The notes: generated by a model not told the origin, from the letters alone. A stretch of 64,000 bases of DNA from Lachnospiraceae bacterium (GCA_045122835.1 JBGVIB010000047.1:38036-102035); one strand, 5' to 3'. Positions 47,910 through 56,582 are shown, numbered from the stretch's first letter. A program made the numbers and translations.

Positions 47910-47934
47910 GAATCACCTACGGTGATGGATTTTA
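47910..47934 (-). repeat. Solo 25-nt fragment of the MITE core hairpin, inverted orientation
   Basis: GAATCACCTACGGTGATGGATTTT is the reverse complement of AAAATCCATCACCGTAGGTGATTC found in all full copies. Confidence 0.7.
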
Positions 47935-47981
47935 GATTTCTAAAATTGTGTTGTCCAGTTGTCCATAAGAAGACATAGAAA

Positions 47982-48032
47982 GTGCAGAATCGTGAGCAGA
48001 AGTATGTGACGGTTCTGCACTTTTTGTGTTTT
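47982..48032 (+). terminator. Rho-independent terminator of the MCP gene
   Basis: GTGCAGAA..TTCTGCAC stem followed by TTTTTGTGTTTT. Confidence 0.75.
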
Positions 48033-48070
48033 GCGGGGAATAATCCGGTAATATTTGTTGATGCCATCTA

Positions 48071-48099
48071 TTGTCTGGTTTATGGAATCGTGATATGAT
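48071..48099 (+). promoter_or_regulatory. Candidate promoter of the dehydratase operon
   Basis: TTGTCT, 17-nt spacer, TATGAT. Confidence 0.4.
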
Positions 48100-48112
48100 A
48101 GTAAAGATGTAC

Positions 48113-48183
48113 CCGTGTATTGTATCAAGGATATCATGCACAATAAGGCTAAATATCAATGATATTATTGATACAATACACGG
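48113..48183 (+). repeat. Long inverted repeat (25-nt arms, 2 mismatches, 21-nt loop) in the 5' leader of the dehydratase operon
   Basis: CCGTGTATTGTATCAAGGATATCAT ... ATGATATTATTGATACAATACACGG. Confidence 0.85.
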
Positions 48184-48224
48184 TCAGACGTGAACAGAAA
48201 CATAACAAAGGAGGACATACAATT

Positions 48225-48701
48225 ATGGGAAAAGTATTTAAATTCCATACAGATGTAGATACTGACCAGATTATTGCGTCACAGTATTTACTATTTTCGA
48301 CAATTGATGAGATGAAAGCTTATACCTTCGAATCCCTTGACAAGGATTTTGCAAAGAAGGTACAGCCGGGAGATTTCGTAGTAGCTTGTGAAAATTTTGG
48401 CTGTGGTTCATCCAGAGAGCAGGCACCAAGCGTATTAAAAGCATTAGGGGTAAAGGCAGTCATTGCAAAATCATTTGCAAGAATCTTTTACCGCAATGCG
48501 ATTAACATTGGCCTTCCTGTAATTGTGTGTAAAGATTTATATGATAACGTAGAAGCCGGAGATGATATGGAGCTGTCGCTGACAGAGGGTATCGTCACAA
48601 CAGGCGGAAAAGAATACATATGTACAAAGCTTCCACCATACATGCAGGGAATCTTAGACCAGGGTGGTCTTATTGCATCATTGAATAAGGAGGAAGCATA
48701 A
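48225..48701 (+). CDS. Aconitase-family small subunit (LeuD-type), pair 1
   Basis: 158 aa. 'ENFGCGSSREQAP' and 'AKSFARIFYRNAIN'. AAAGGAGGA RBS. Confidence 0.85.
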   Translation: MGKVFKFHTDVDTDQIIASQYLLFSTIDEMKAYTFESLDKDFAKKVQPGDFVVACENFGCGSSREQAPSVLKALGVKAVIAKSFARIFYRNAINIGLPVIVCKDLYDNVEAGDDMELSLTEGIVTTGGKEYICTKLPPYMQGILDQGGLIASLNKEEA

Positions 48702-48704
48702 ATT

Positions 48705-49955
48705 ATGGGAATGACAATTGCAGAAAAAATTATTGCCAGAGCAGCAGGTGTTTCAGAAGTAAAACCGGGGGATATCCATACCGTTGAAGTAGATCAGTTA
48801 ATGAGTAACGATGGTACTACACATCTTACCATCGACATGTATCACAACAAATTAAAAAATCCAAAGATTGCAGACGTAAATAAATTAGTCTGGATTGTAG
48901 ACCACAACGTACCGTCAGATAGTCCAAAGACAGCAGCTTCCCACAAGAAAATGAGAGATTTTGCAAAAGAGCATGGCATTACGTTTTATGAGGGACAGGG
49001 AGTCTGTCACCAGATTATGATGGAGAACCATGTTCGCCCGGGACAGCTTATTTTCGGTGCAGACAGCCATACCTGTGCATATGGTGCTTTAGGTGCATTT
49101 GGTACTGGTGTAGGATGTACAGATTATCTGTATGCCATGGTAACAGGCAAATCATGGGTATTAGTGCCGGAGACTATTCGTTTTAATTTAACAGGAAAAT
49201 TAAAAGATGGTGTCTATGCAAGAGACCTTATCTTAACTATCATTGGAAAAATCAGCGCTAACGGAGCCAACTACAAGGCAATGGAATTTGCCGGAGAAGG
49301 CTTAAAGACTTTAACTATGAGTGACCGTATTGCAATCTGTAATCTGTGCGTGGAAGCCGGTGCAAAGACAGCACTTATGGAAGTAGACGAAGTAGCTATG
49401 GACTATTTAAAAGAACATGGCAGAGAGCCGGTAGCAACCTATACAAGTGATGAAGATGCTGTATTTTCAGAAGTATATGACATCAATTTAGATGAAATTG
49501 AACCAATTGTAGCAAAGCCACACTTTGTAGATAACGTAGTACCTGCAAAAGAATGTGCAGGAGTAAAAATAGACGAAGCTTTCTTAGGTTCCTGCAATAA
49601 CGGACGTTTAGAAGACTTAAGAGTAGGCGCAGAAATCCTTAAGGGCAAGAAAGTACACCCATTAGTACGTTTCTTAGTAGTACCGGCAAGTAATGCAGTA
49701 TATCAGGCAGCCTTAGAGGAAGGGCTTATCGATATCTTTATGGAAGCAGGCGCCATCGTCATGAATGCCAATTGCAGTGTATGCTGGGGAAGCTGCCAGG
49801 GTGTAATCGGCGAAGGCGAAACACTAATCAGTACCGGTACCCGTAACTTTAAAGGACGCGCCGGTCACCCGGATTCCTTCGTATATTTAGCATCCGCCGC
49901 AACGGTAACTGCATCTGCGATAAAGGGTGTAATTGCGACTGCGGATGAAGTGTAA
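48705..49955 (+). CDS. Aconitase-family large subunit (LeuC-type), pair 1, atypical cluster-binding motif
   Basis: 416 aa. 'GADSHT', 'GSCNNGRLEDL' and the Cys motif 'NANCSVCWG' instead of the usual PGCGxCxG. Confidence 0.85.
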   Translation: MGMTIAEKIIARAAGVSEVKPGDIHTVEVDQLMSNDGTTHLTIDMYHNKLKNPKIADVNKLVWIVDHNVPSDSPKTAASHKKMRDFAKEHGITFYEGQGVCHQIMMENHVRPGQLIFGADSHTCAYGALGAFGTGVGCTDYLYAMVTGKSWVLVPETIRFNLTGKLKDGVYARDLILTIIGKISANGANYKAMEFAGEGLKTLTMSDRIAICNLCVEAGAKTALMEVDEVAMDYLKEHGREPVATYTSDEDAVFSEVYDINLDEIEPIVAKPHFVDNVVPAKECAGVKIDEAFLGSCNNGRLEDLRVGAEILKGKKVHPLVRFLVVPASNAVYQAALEEGLIDIFMEAGAIVMNANCSVCWGSCQGVIGEGETLISTGTRNFKGRAGHPDSFVYLASAATVTASAIKGVIATADEV

Positions 49956-50112
49956 GTAATTAGAAAATTTCAATAAGGTAATGAATATGTAATGCCTGCA
50001 AACGCTTTCCGCCAGTGTAAGGCTGAGCGTAACAGCTAAGCAATTCTGGCAAGTTGCGAACGGGCATCGCTTTGTAATTATTAGTGAAACTTAGATACAG
50101 AAAGGAACAATC

Positions 50113-50604
50113 ATGGAACAATTCACCGGAAAAGTATGGTTACTTGGCGATGATATCGACACCGACATCATCATCCCAACCGAATATTTAGCATTAAAAA
50201 CTGTAAAGGACATGACTCCATATGCCTTTTCTCCCCTCCGCCCGGAATTAGCAGGACAGATTAAACCGGGAGACATCATTGTAGCAGGAAAGAACTTCGG
50301 CTGCGGTTCCTCCAGAGAGCAGGCACCGGAAATTATCAAAGCCTTAGGCATAAAATGTGTCATTGCCAAATCCTTTGCAAGAATTTTCTTCCGCAACTCT
50401 ATTAATAACGGTCTGCTCTTAATTGAAAACCCGGATCTTAGAGAAGCAGTAGCAGAAGGCGATACCATCGAAGTAACCGTAAACGAGCAGATTACACACA
50501 ATGGTAATTCATACCCAATCACATCACTGCCTCAGAATCTGGTAGACATCATCAACGCAGGCGGTCTGGTAAAGGCAATGCGTAAGAGAAACGGATTAGA
50601 TTAG
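50113..50604 (+). CDS. leuD: 3-isopropylmalate dehydratase-type small subunit, pair 2
   Basis: 163 aa. 'KNFGCGSSREQAP' and 'AKSFARIFFRNSIN'. The symbol is a family-level assignment only. Confidence 0.75.
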   Translation: MEQFTGKVWLLGDDIDTDIIIPTEYLALKTVKDMTPYAFSPLRPELAGQIKPGDIIVAGKNFGCGSSREQAPEIIKALGIKCVIAKSFARIFFRNSINNGLLLIENPDLREAVAEGDTIEVTVNEQITHNGNSYPITSLPQNLVDIINAGGLVKAMRKRNGLD

Positions 50605-50615
50605 GAGGAAGCAAA

Positions 50616-51860
50616 ATGGGCGCAACAATTATCGAAAAAATTGTTCGGAAGAACACAGGAATAGATACAGCAAAAGCAAATGACATTGTAACTGTAAACG
50701 TAGACCGTGTCATGATACATGATATTTTTATCCCATTCGTAGCAGAAAAATTCGAGGAAATGGGATTCACAAAACTTTGGGATGCAGACAAAGTGGTACT
50801 GATTTATGACCATTTAGTACCGGCAAGTCAGGTAGATGACACCAGACATTTCCGTGTAGGAAATGAATTCGTAGAAAAATACGGAATGAAAAATATCCAC
50901 CGTTCTGACGGAATCTGTCACCAGCTTATGACAGAAGCAGGCTACGTAAAGCCTGGCAATATTGTATTTGGTACAGACAGCCATACTACTACATATGGAT
51001 GCGTTGGTGCATTTTCTTCAGGTATTGGTTATACAGAAATGGCAAGTATTTTAGGAACGGGAACTATGTGGATTAAAGTGCCGGAGACTATCCGTGTCAA
51101 TATTACAGGTACATTGCCGGCTAATGTAACCTCTAAGGATATTATCCTTCGTCTTATCGGTGATTTAGGTGCAGACGGTGCAACTTATAAAGCATTGGAG
51201 TTTGCCGGGGATACCGTGGAAGCCATGAGCGTGGCAAGCCGTATGACCATTGCAAACATGGCAATTGAAGCAGGTGCAAAATGTGCCTTATTTACGCCAG
51301 ATGAAAAGACAGCAGAGTATTGCAACATGGAATTAACAGATGCAGAACGTGATTTGGTTGGTGATGCAGATGCTTCTTATGTGAAAGTAATCAATTATAA
51401 GGCAGAGGACTTTGTTCCTGTTCTGGCATGTCCGTCCCAGGTGGACAATATCAAGCCAGTCAGTGAGTTAGAAGGAACAGAAATCGACCAGGTATTTATC
51501 GGTTCCTGTACCAACGGCCGATTAGAAGATTTAGAGAAGGCAGCTGCTTACTTAAAGGGCAAAAAAGTAGCCCCTTATGTGAAATGTATTATCACACCGG
51601 CAAGCCGTAAGATATACAAAGAAGCAGCTGCCAATGGTACACTTGCCATTTTAGCAGAAGCGGGTGCTATTATCACACATCCGGGCTGTGGTCTGTGCTG
51701 TGGTCGTACCGGTGGTATCTTAACAGACGGTGAGCGTGTAGTGGCTACCAACAACCGTAATTTCTTAGGAAGAATGGGAACCTCAAAGGTAGAAATCTTC
51801 TTAGCGTCTCCTGCAACAGCAGCAGCTTGTGCGGTGGCTGGGAAGATTGTGATGCCGTAA
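50616..51860 (+). CDS. leuC: 3-isopropylmalate dehydratase-type large subunit, pair 2
   Basis: 414 aa. 'GTDSHTTT', 'GSCTNGRLEDL' and the canonical 'HPGCGLCCG'. The symbol is a family-level assignment only. Confidence 0.75.
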   Translation: MGATIIEKIVRKNTGIDTAKANDIVTVNVDRVMIHDIFIPFVAEKFEEMGFTKLWDADKVVLIYDHLVPASQVDDTRHFRVGNEFVEKYGMKNIHRSDGICHQLMTEAGYVKPGNIVFGTDSHTTTYGCVGAFSSGIGYTEMASILGTGTMWIKVPETIRVNITGTLPANVTSKDIILRLIGDLGADGATYKALEFAGDTVEAMSVASRMTIANMAIEAGAKCALFTPDEKTAEYCNMELTDAERDLVGDADASYVKVINYKAEDFVPVLACPSQVDNIKPVSELEGTEIDQVFIGSCTNGRLEDLEKAAAYLKGKKVAPYVKCIITPASRKIYKEAAANGTLAILAEAGAIITHPGCGLCCGRTGGILTDGERVVATNNRNFLGRMGTSKVEIFLASPATAAACAVAGKIVMP

Positions 51861-51999
51861 GGGGATGGGTAAAATAAAATCAATTATATAGATATAGTCA
51901 GTTTCAATATATAAGCTAAAACAAAAGTTGCCAAATATTCTGTCAAAGATAGTTGAATCCATGGCAGAAGAAGTTTTTAAACAACAAATTGTAATTATA

Positions 52000-52035
52000 T
52001 CCCGGCGAAAGCGTAGGTTTTTGCTGGGATTTTTC
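52000..52035 (+). terminator. Probable operon terminator
   Basis: CCCGGC-N16-GCTGGG stem (one G-U) followed by ATTTTT. Confidence 0.45.
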
Positions 52036-52090
52036 ATATACTAGGAAATTACAACATTTTATTTTGGGATGTTGTAATTTCCTAGTATAT
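52036..52090. repeat. Perfect 22-bp-stem palindrome with 11-nt loop
   Basis: ATATACTAGGAAATTACAACAT-tttattttggg-ATGTTGTAATTTCCTAGTATAT. Confidence 0.9.
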
Positions 52091-52098
52091 AAAATATG

Positions 52099-52133
52099 AT
52101 GCGCACGAATTTGAAAGGAAGATGCACTGCGTG
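52099..52133 (+). repeat. 35-bp exact repeat, copy 2 (first copy at 42763-42797)
   Basis: Identical 35-mer. Both copies lie about 100 nt upstream of a transcription-factor gene. Confidence 0.9.
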
Positions 52134-52241
52134 ATATATGAAATTTATCTTTCGTATGTAAAGTAGAATGAAAGAGACATATTTGATATAATAAAAACTT
52201 GAAGTGATTTAAAAAGCAAATTATATAGAAAGAGTGTAACT

Positions 52242-53162
52242 ATGCCAGAAACATACAAAGATGAATACATAGCCCGCATACAAAAAGTACAAGATTATAT
52301 CGAAAAAAATTACCAGAAAGCCATGTCCACAGAAGAACTTGCAGAAGTGGCAGGGTTTTCTAAATATCATTTTAATCGTATTTTTAAAAGTGTATTGCAG
52401 GAGTCATTATTGCAGTATGTGAACCGAATCCGCCTGGAGCATTCCCTTTTTATGCTGGCTCACAGACAGGATTTTAATATGACAGGCATTGCCTATGAGC
52501 TTGGGTTCGCTGATTCAGCAGTTTTTTCAAGAGCATTTAAGAACCATTATGGAATAAGTCCTCTTACTTATAGAAAAAAATACAGCACGAATTGCAAAGA
52601 AAACATTTTTATTTCAGAGTACAATAAGGCTGAAAAAAAGAAGAAATGGGTAAAAGATCCGTTTTCTGCAACTGGGGAAATGCGAATAGAAACCTTAGAA
52701 TCAAAGAATGTAGTTTATGTAAGACATGTAGGAAATTACAAGTCACTAGCAAGAGCCTATGTGAAGCTGATGCATGAGTTATTCAAAGGTGCAGAAAAAC
52801 AACATCTTTTGAAACCAGGTCAGAACCAAGTCTTTGTCATGTATCATGATAATCCGGAATTTGGAAAGGAAGAACAGTTTCGTACCAGTTTATGTTTAAC
52901 AATCCCGGAAGATTGTAAAGCCAGAGAAGAGGGAAAGTTAGGCGTAATGAAGTTAGAAGGCGGACTTTATGCTGTCGGACATTATGAAATAACAAAAGGA
53001 CAATTTGAAGATGCCTGGGATCACATGTATCAGAAATGGCTTATGACAAGCGGATATGTTCCTAGAAATGCCTGTCCCCTTGAGGTATACCTCAATAATC
53101 CGAACGAAGAGAAAGGTCATCTGATTAAAGTAGAGATTTATGTGCCGATTGAACCCATTTAA
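52242..53162 (+). CDS. AraC-family transcriptional regulator with C-terminal GyrI-like effector-binding domain
   Basis: N-terminal AraC HTH ('SKYHFNRIFK', 'GFADSAVFSRAFK'). C-terminal about 150-aa GyrI-like region. Confidence 0.85.
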   Translation: MPETYKDEYIARIQKVQDYIEKNYQKAMSTEELAEVAGFSKYHFNRIFKSVLQESLLQYVNRIRLEHSLFMLAHRQDFNMTGIAYELGFADSAVFSRAFKNHYGISPLTYRKKYSTNCKENIFISEYNKAEKKKKWVKDPFSATGEMRIETLESKNVVYVRHVGNYKSLARAYVKLMHELFKGAEKQHLLKPGQNQVFVMYHDNPEFGKEEQFRTSLCLTIPEDCKAREEGKLGVMKLEGGLYAVGHYEITKGQFEDAWDHMYQKWLMTSGYVPRNACPLEVYLNNPNEEKGHLIKVEIYVPIEPI

Positions 53163-53182
53163 AGAAATGGAGGAAATTTGCA

Positions 53183-54151
53183 ATGGAAAAAACGAAAAGA
53201 TTGGAGCAGTTAATTAAATCAAAGTACGGAAATACTGGTGCAGTTATTGTACAGAAAGGCGGGGATACCGTATATGAGTATTATCAGAATAGCTGTACAA
53301 AGGAAAATCCGTTTCATGTATTTTCTGTAACAAAAAGTATTGTATCGCTGTTAATTGGCATCGCAATGGACAAAGGATATATACAGAGCGTAGAACAGCC
53401 GGTTCTGGATTTTTTTCCGGACTATACCACAAAGAAAAGAGAAAAAACTATACAAAATGTTACATTACGGGATATGCTGACCATGACAGCACCTTATAAG
53501 TACAAATATGCCCCGTATACCAAGTATTTTACCAGTGGGGACTGGGTAAAAGCATCCTTGGATTTGTTGGGTGGCAGAGGAAAAATAGGAGAATTTCGAT
53601 ATGCGCCAGTCATTGGTCCGGATATTTTTTCCGGAATCCTTGTAAATACAACAGGGAAGCAACTGTTAGATTTTGCAAATGAAAATTTATTTGAACCATT
53701 AGGAATACACATTCCCGGAGATATAGAATTTCACAACAAAGAAGAACAGATGGAATTTTATAAGAGTAAGACCGTGGAAGGCTGGGTGAAGGGTCCAAAT
53801 GACGTTCATACAGGTGGATGGGGACTGGTACTGAAGTCTTACGATATGGTGAAAATCGGGCAACTTCTTTTAAATAACGGAAACTGGAATGGAAAGCAGC
53901 TGGTATCAGAAGAATGGATTTGTGAAAGCACAAGCCAGAAGGTGCAGTGGAAAAACTTGAAATATGGGTATTTGTGGTGGATTATTGACGAAGCTGATCA
54001 GTCCTATGCGGCATTAGGTGATGGTGGAAATGTGATCTATGTCAATCCGAAGCAGGACATGGTGGTGGTGATAGGTTCGTATTTTAAGCCGAGAGTTGAG
54101 GATAGAATGAAGTTGATTAAGGAATATATAGAGCCATTATGGTGTGAGTAG
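53183..54151 (+). CDS. Serine hydrolase of the beta-lactamase/transpeptidase-like family
   Basis: S-x-x-K motif 'FSVTKS'. 322 aa, no signal peptide. Confidence 0.8.
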   Translation: MEKTKRLEQLIKSKYGNTGAVIVQKGGDTVYEYYQNSCTKENPFHVFSVTKSIVSLLIGIAMDKGYIQSVEQPVLDFFPDYTTKKREKTIQNVTLRDMLTMTAPYKYKYAPYTKYFTSGDWVKASLDLLGGRGKIGEFRYAPVIGPDIFSGILVNTTGKQLLDFANENLFEPLGIHIPGDIEFHNKEEQMEFYKSKTVEGWVKGPNDVHTGGWGLVLKSYDMVKIGQLLLNNGNWNGKQLVSEEWICESTSQKVQWKNLKYGYLWWIIDEADQSYAALGDGGNVIYVNPKQDMVVVIGSYFKPRVEDRMKLIKEYIEPLWCE

Positions 54152-54238
54152 TTACACACTTTAGTAATAATTTCATATTTTTTTCCATATAGTAGAATGG
54201 GTGTAAAGTAACACCGCTATTGTAAGGAGGATGGGTAA

Positions 54239-55594
54239 ATGTCAGAATATAAGCGGTTTATGGCATATCTTTATACATATGAAAGAGGGCAGAAGGCAGG
54301 AAACTGTGGCTTTGCAAAGGTTATGGTAAGGGATGAGGCAGGCTTTGTCAATCTTCATGTGAAATTGCCGAATCAGAAGGCAAGAGCGGGATGCACGGTG
54401 TATTTATATTACAGAAGTGAAGATAAGAGTAGAATGTACGGCGTTTCTATTGGTGAATTTGTGATTGCAAATGGAGTGGGGGAAGGTTCCATTCATTTTC
54501 CGGCAACCGAAATTGGAATAGGACGTCGTTTTTTCACAGAAATGGGTGGCTTGTATCTGATTTTAGATAATGAAAGGATAATTGCAACGGAATGGGAGGA
54601 CATTCCTGTAAGACCGGAATCTTTTCAGATAGAGTCAGAAGCCGGGGAGGAGCCGGACGCTGGGAGTATGGGGAGCGTGGAGCCTGAAACGTCGTCTGCA
54701 GAAATACTGGCAGAGGAAGAAAGAAATGAGGAAGACTGGCAGGAAGAATCGGCGGCACAGGAAAAGCAATCGGCAAATGAGCCTGTAAGGGAATCTGTTT
54801 TAGATAGAGAGGTTGTAAACGAAGAAAATAATCAGCAAGAGATGGCAGTAGCGGATGGTATGAAGAGGACAGATGGAGGTGGCCAGCAAAAGCAGAACTT
54901 CCAAAGGGAGATGCCGGGGGAAAATATAGATAATTCAAATATGGATATTCAGAGACAACAGAACAGGCAACAGGCTATACAAGTGAATGGTATGCAGGAA
55001 TCCCAGCCTGAAATCGAGGAACCGGATTATGATACAGAAACTGAGTCAGAACCAGAACTTACTGTTACAGATGGGAACCAGATTCACGCAGCATCTGCGC
55101 CAGTGGCAGAAAAAGATAACCAGATGTGTATGGGCGCCCGAAACGGCTGTTGTCCATATAGAATGCAGGGAAGGAACCAACAATCAGCTTATGGGGCGGA
55201 TGCCCGAAGACAGGCGAAGGAGCCGGAACGGATATCTCCCCTTATGGACAAATGGACACAGCTAAAAAGCAAGTATCCGGTGGTATCCCCTTTTGACAAT
55301 GACGATTCCATTACCTGTATTCGTATCCAGCCCAAAGATATCTGCCTGTTAAACCGTAGAGAATGGATACTAGGCAACAATAATTTTCTCCTTCATGGCT
55401 ACTGCAATTATCGATATCTGCTGCTAGGAAAGATAGAAGCAGAAGAAAAATACATTATTTGCGTGCCGGGAAACTTTTATTCAAAAGAAAAAATGATGGC
55501 ATCTATGTTCGGCTTCCAGAACTTTAAAATGGCAGGAGAAGGAGAATTGCGACAGGGAGAATTTGGGTATTGGTATAGAGAGATTGAATTGTAA
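54239..55594 (+). CDS. Hypothetical protein with structured N- and C-terminal domains joined by a long acidic/Gln-rich linker
   Basis: 451 aa with an AAGGAGGATGGG RBS. No family recognised. Confidence 0.6.
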   Translation: MSEYKRFMAYLYTYERGQKAGNCGFAKVMVRDEAGFVNLHVKLPNQKARAGCTVYLYYRSEDKSRMYGVSIGEFVIANGVGEGSIHFPATEIGIGRRFFTEMGGLYLILDNERIIATEWEDIPVRPESFQIESEAGEEPDAGSMGSVEPETSSAEILAEEERNEEDWQEESAAQEKQSANEPVRESVLDREVVNEENNQQEMAVADGMKRTDGGGQQKQNFQREMPGENIDNSNMDIQRQQNRQQAIQVNGMQESQPEIEEPDYDTETESEPELTVTDGNQIHAASAPVAEKDNQMCMGARNGCCPYRMQGRNQQSAYGADARRQAKEPERISPLMDKWTQLKSKYPVVSPFDNDDSITCIRIQPKDICLLNRREWILGNNNFLLHGYCNYRYLLLGKIEAEEKYIICVPGNFYSKEKMMASMFGFQNFKMAGEGELRQGEFGYWYREIEL

Positions 55595-55633
55595 GGCGGC
55601 TGTAGTAGTTGTAATTTTTATCATGTCTAAGTT

Positions 55634-55668
55634 TATCTCCATCATTTTGGCTCAAAGTGATGGAGATA
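55634..55668. terminator. Bidirectional terminator between convergent genes
   Basis: TATCTCCATCA-N13-TGATGGAGATA. Confidence 0.65.
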
Positions 55669-55703
55669 GATTTAAAATGAAGGAGGTTTAGAAATCAAAT
55701 TTG

Positions 55704-56429
55704 TTACCGAAGTTCCGTTACCGGAACACATTCTCTAGCGGCTTGTAATAACAGTAAAGCTTCCTCTTCATGGAAAGGAGACAACAGGGGTTCTGTCTGA
55801 CAATTTTTTTCATCCCGAGCCATAGCACGGATTAATATATCCCCGGAATCCTTATAATTCTGCAGAAAATATCGCTTACATCCCTTTATTTCCCTGGTAA
55901 TATTACGTATCATATCCGCATCATGAAGCTCCTGTACAATCGTAGTGCGGAATTCATATTCAATATCAGAATCAAGCAGTAAAGAGATAGATTCCCGAAT
56001 GTTATCATAAGAAACCTCAGTAAACCCGGTAATCTGCCGGTAACGCTCAGGAGAGGCTTTGATATCCATAGCAACATAATCGACAAGATTTTCTCTAAGC
56101 AACAGTCGAAGCATCGCCGGGTTCGTTCCATTGGTATCTAGTTTCACAAGAAATCCCTCTTGCCTCACTCTACAAATAAAATCTGGCAAATCCGTATACA
56201 AAGTGGGCTCGCCCCCGCTAATACACAATCCCTCAATCAACCCTGCTCTTTTTTTAAGAAAAGAGAGAACATCCTCCTCCGAAAAAGTATCAGGGCAGTT
56301 TTCATTCAGCACAAGCCCACTATTATGGCAATAAGGACACCGTAAATTGCATCCTCCAACAAAAGCAATTGCAGCCACATGCCCAGGGTAATCTAGTAAA
56401 GTTGTTTTCTGAAATCCATGAAATATCAT
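55704..56429 (-). CDS. Radical-SAM glycyl-radical-enzyme activase (anaerobic ribonucleotide reductase activase-like)
   Basis: 'GGCNLRCPYCHN' CxxxCxxC cluster motif and 'ISGGEPT'. Start at ATG 56429 with a GGAGG RBS. Confidence 0.8.
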   Translation of the reverse strand: MIFHGFQKTTLLDYPGHVAAIAFVGGCNLRCPYCHNSGLVLNENCPDTFSEEDVLSFLKKRAGLIEGLCISGGEPTLYTDLPDFICRVRQEGFLVKLDTNGTNPAMLRLLLRENLVDYVAMDIKASPERYRQITGFTEVSYDNIRESISLLLDSDIEYEFRTTIVQELHDADMIRNITREIKGCKRYFLQNYKDSGDILIRAMARDEKNCQTEPLLSPFHEEEALLLLQAARECVPVTELR

Positions 56430-56582
56430 GACAGCCTCCATAAAATTCGTAACATAAGTAAATCCCAAATTTCTATATGGTAATGAAGTGTCAGAAGGGG
56501 GATTTTCCCCCTTAACAATTTTTGTTTATCTCATGCATATTTTATGATAAAATATCCAAAAGCACAAGAGAGGAAAACACAT

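Noticed and set aside
47932-48159. Two overlapping minus-strand ORFs (75 and 67 aa) in the leader of the dehydratase operon.
   Set aside because: They have no RBS, overlap a plus-strand terminator and promoter, and have implausible composition. The region is better explained as non-coding leader.
49956-50112. Relatively GC-rich spacer between the two dehydratase pairs, with partial complementarity (ATGCCTG...CGGGCAT, GCCAG...CTGGC) suggestive of a structured RNA.
   Set aside because: I could not derive a convincing continuous fold or any known motif by eye. It may simply hold an internal promoter or spacer. It needs computational folding and conservation analysis before any claim.
51961-52044. 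27-codon ORF (MAEEVFKQQIVIISRRKRRFLLGFFIY) running into the 22-bp palindrome.
   Set aside because: It has no Shine-Dalgarno sequence, and its 3' half is simply the terminator-like hairpin and the palindrome arm.
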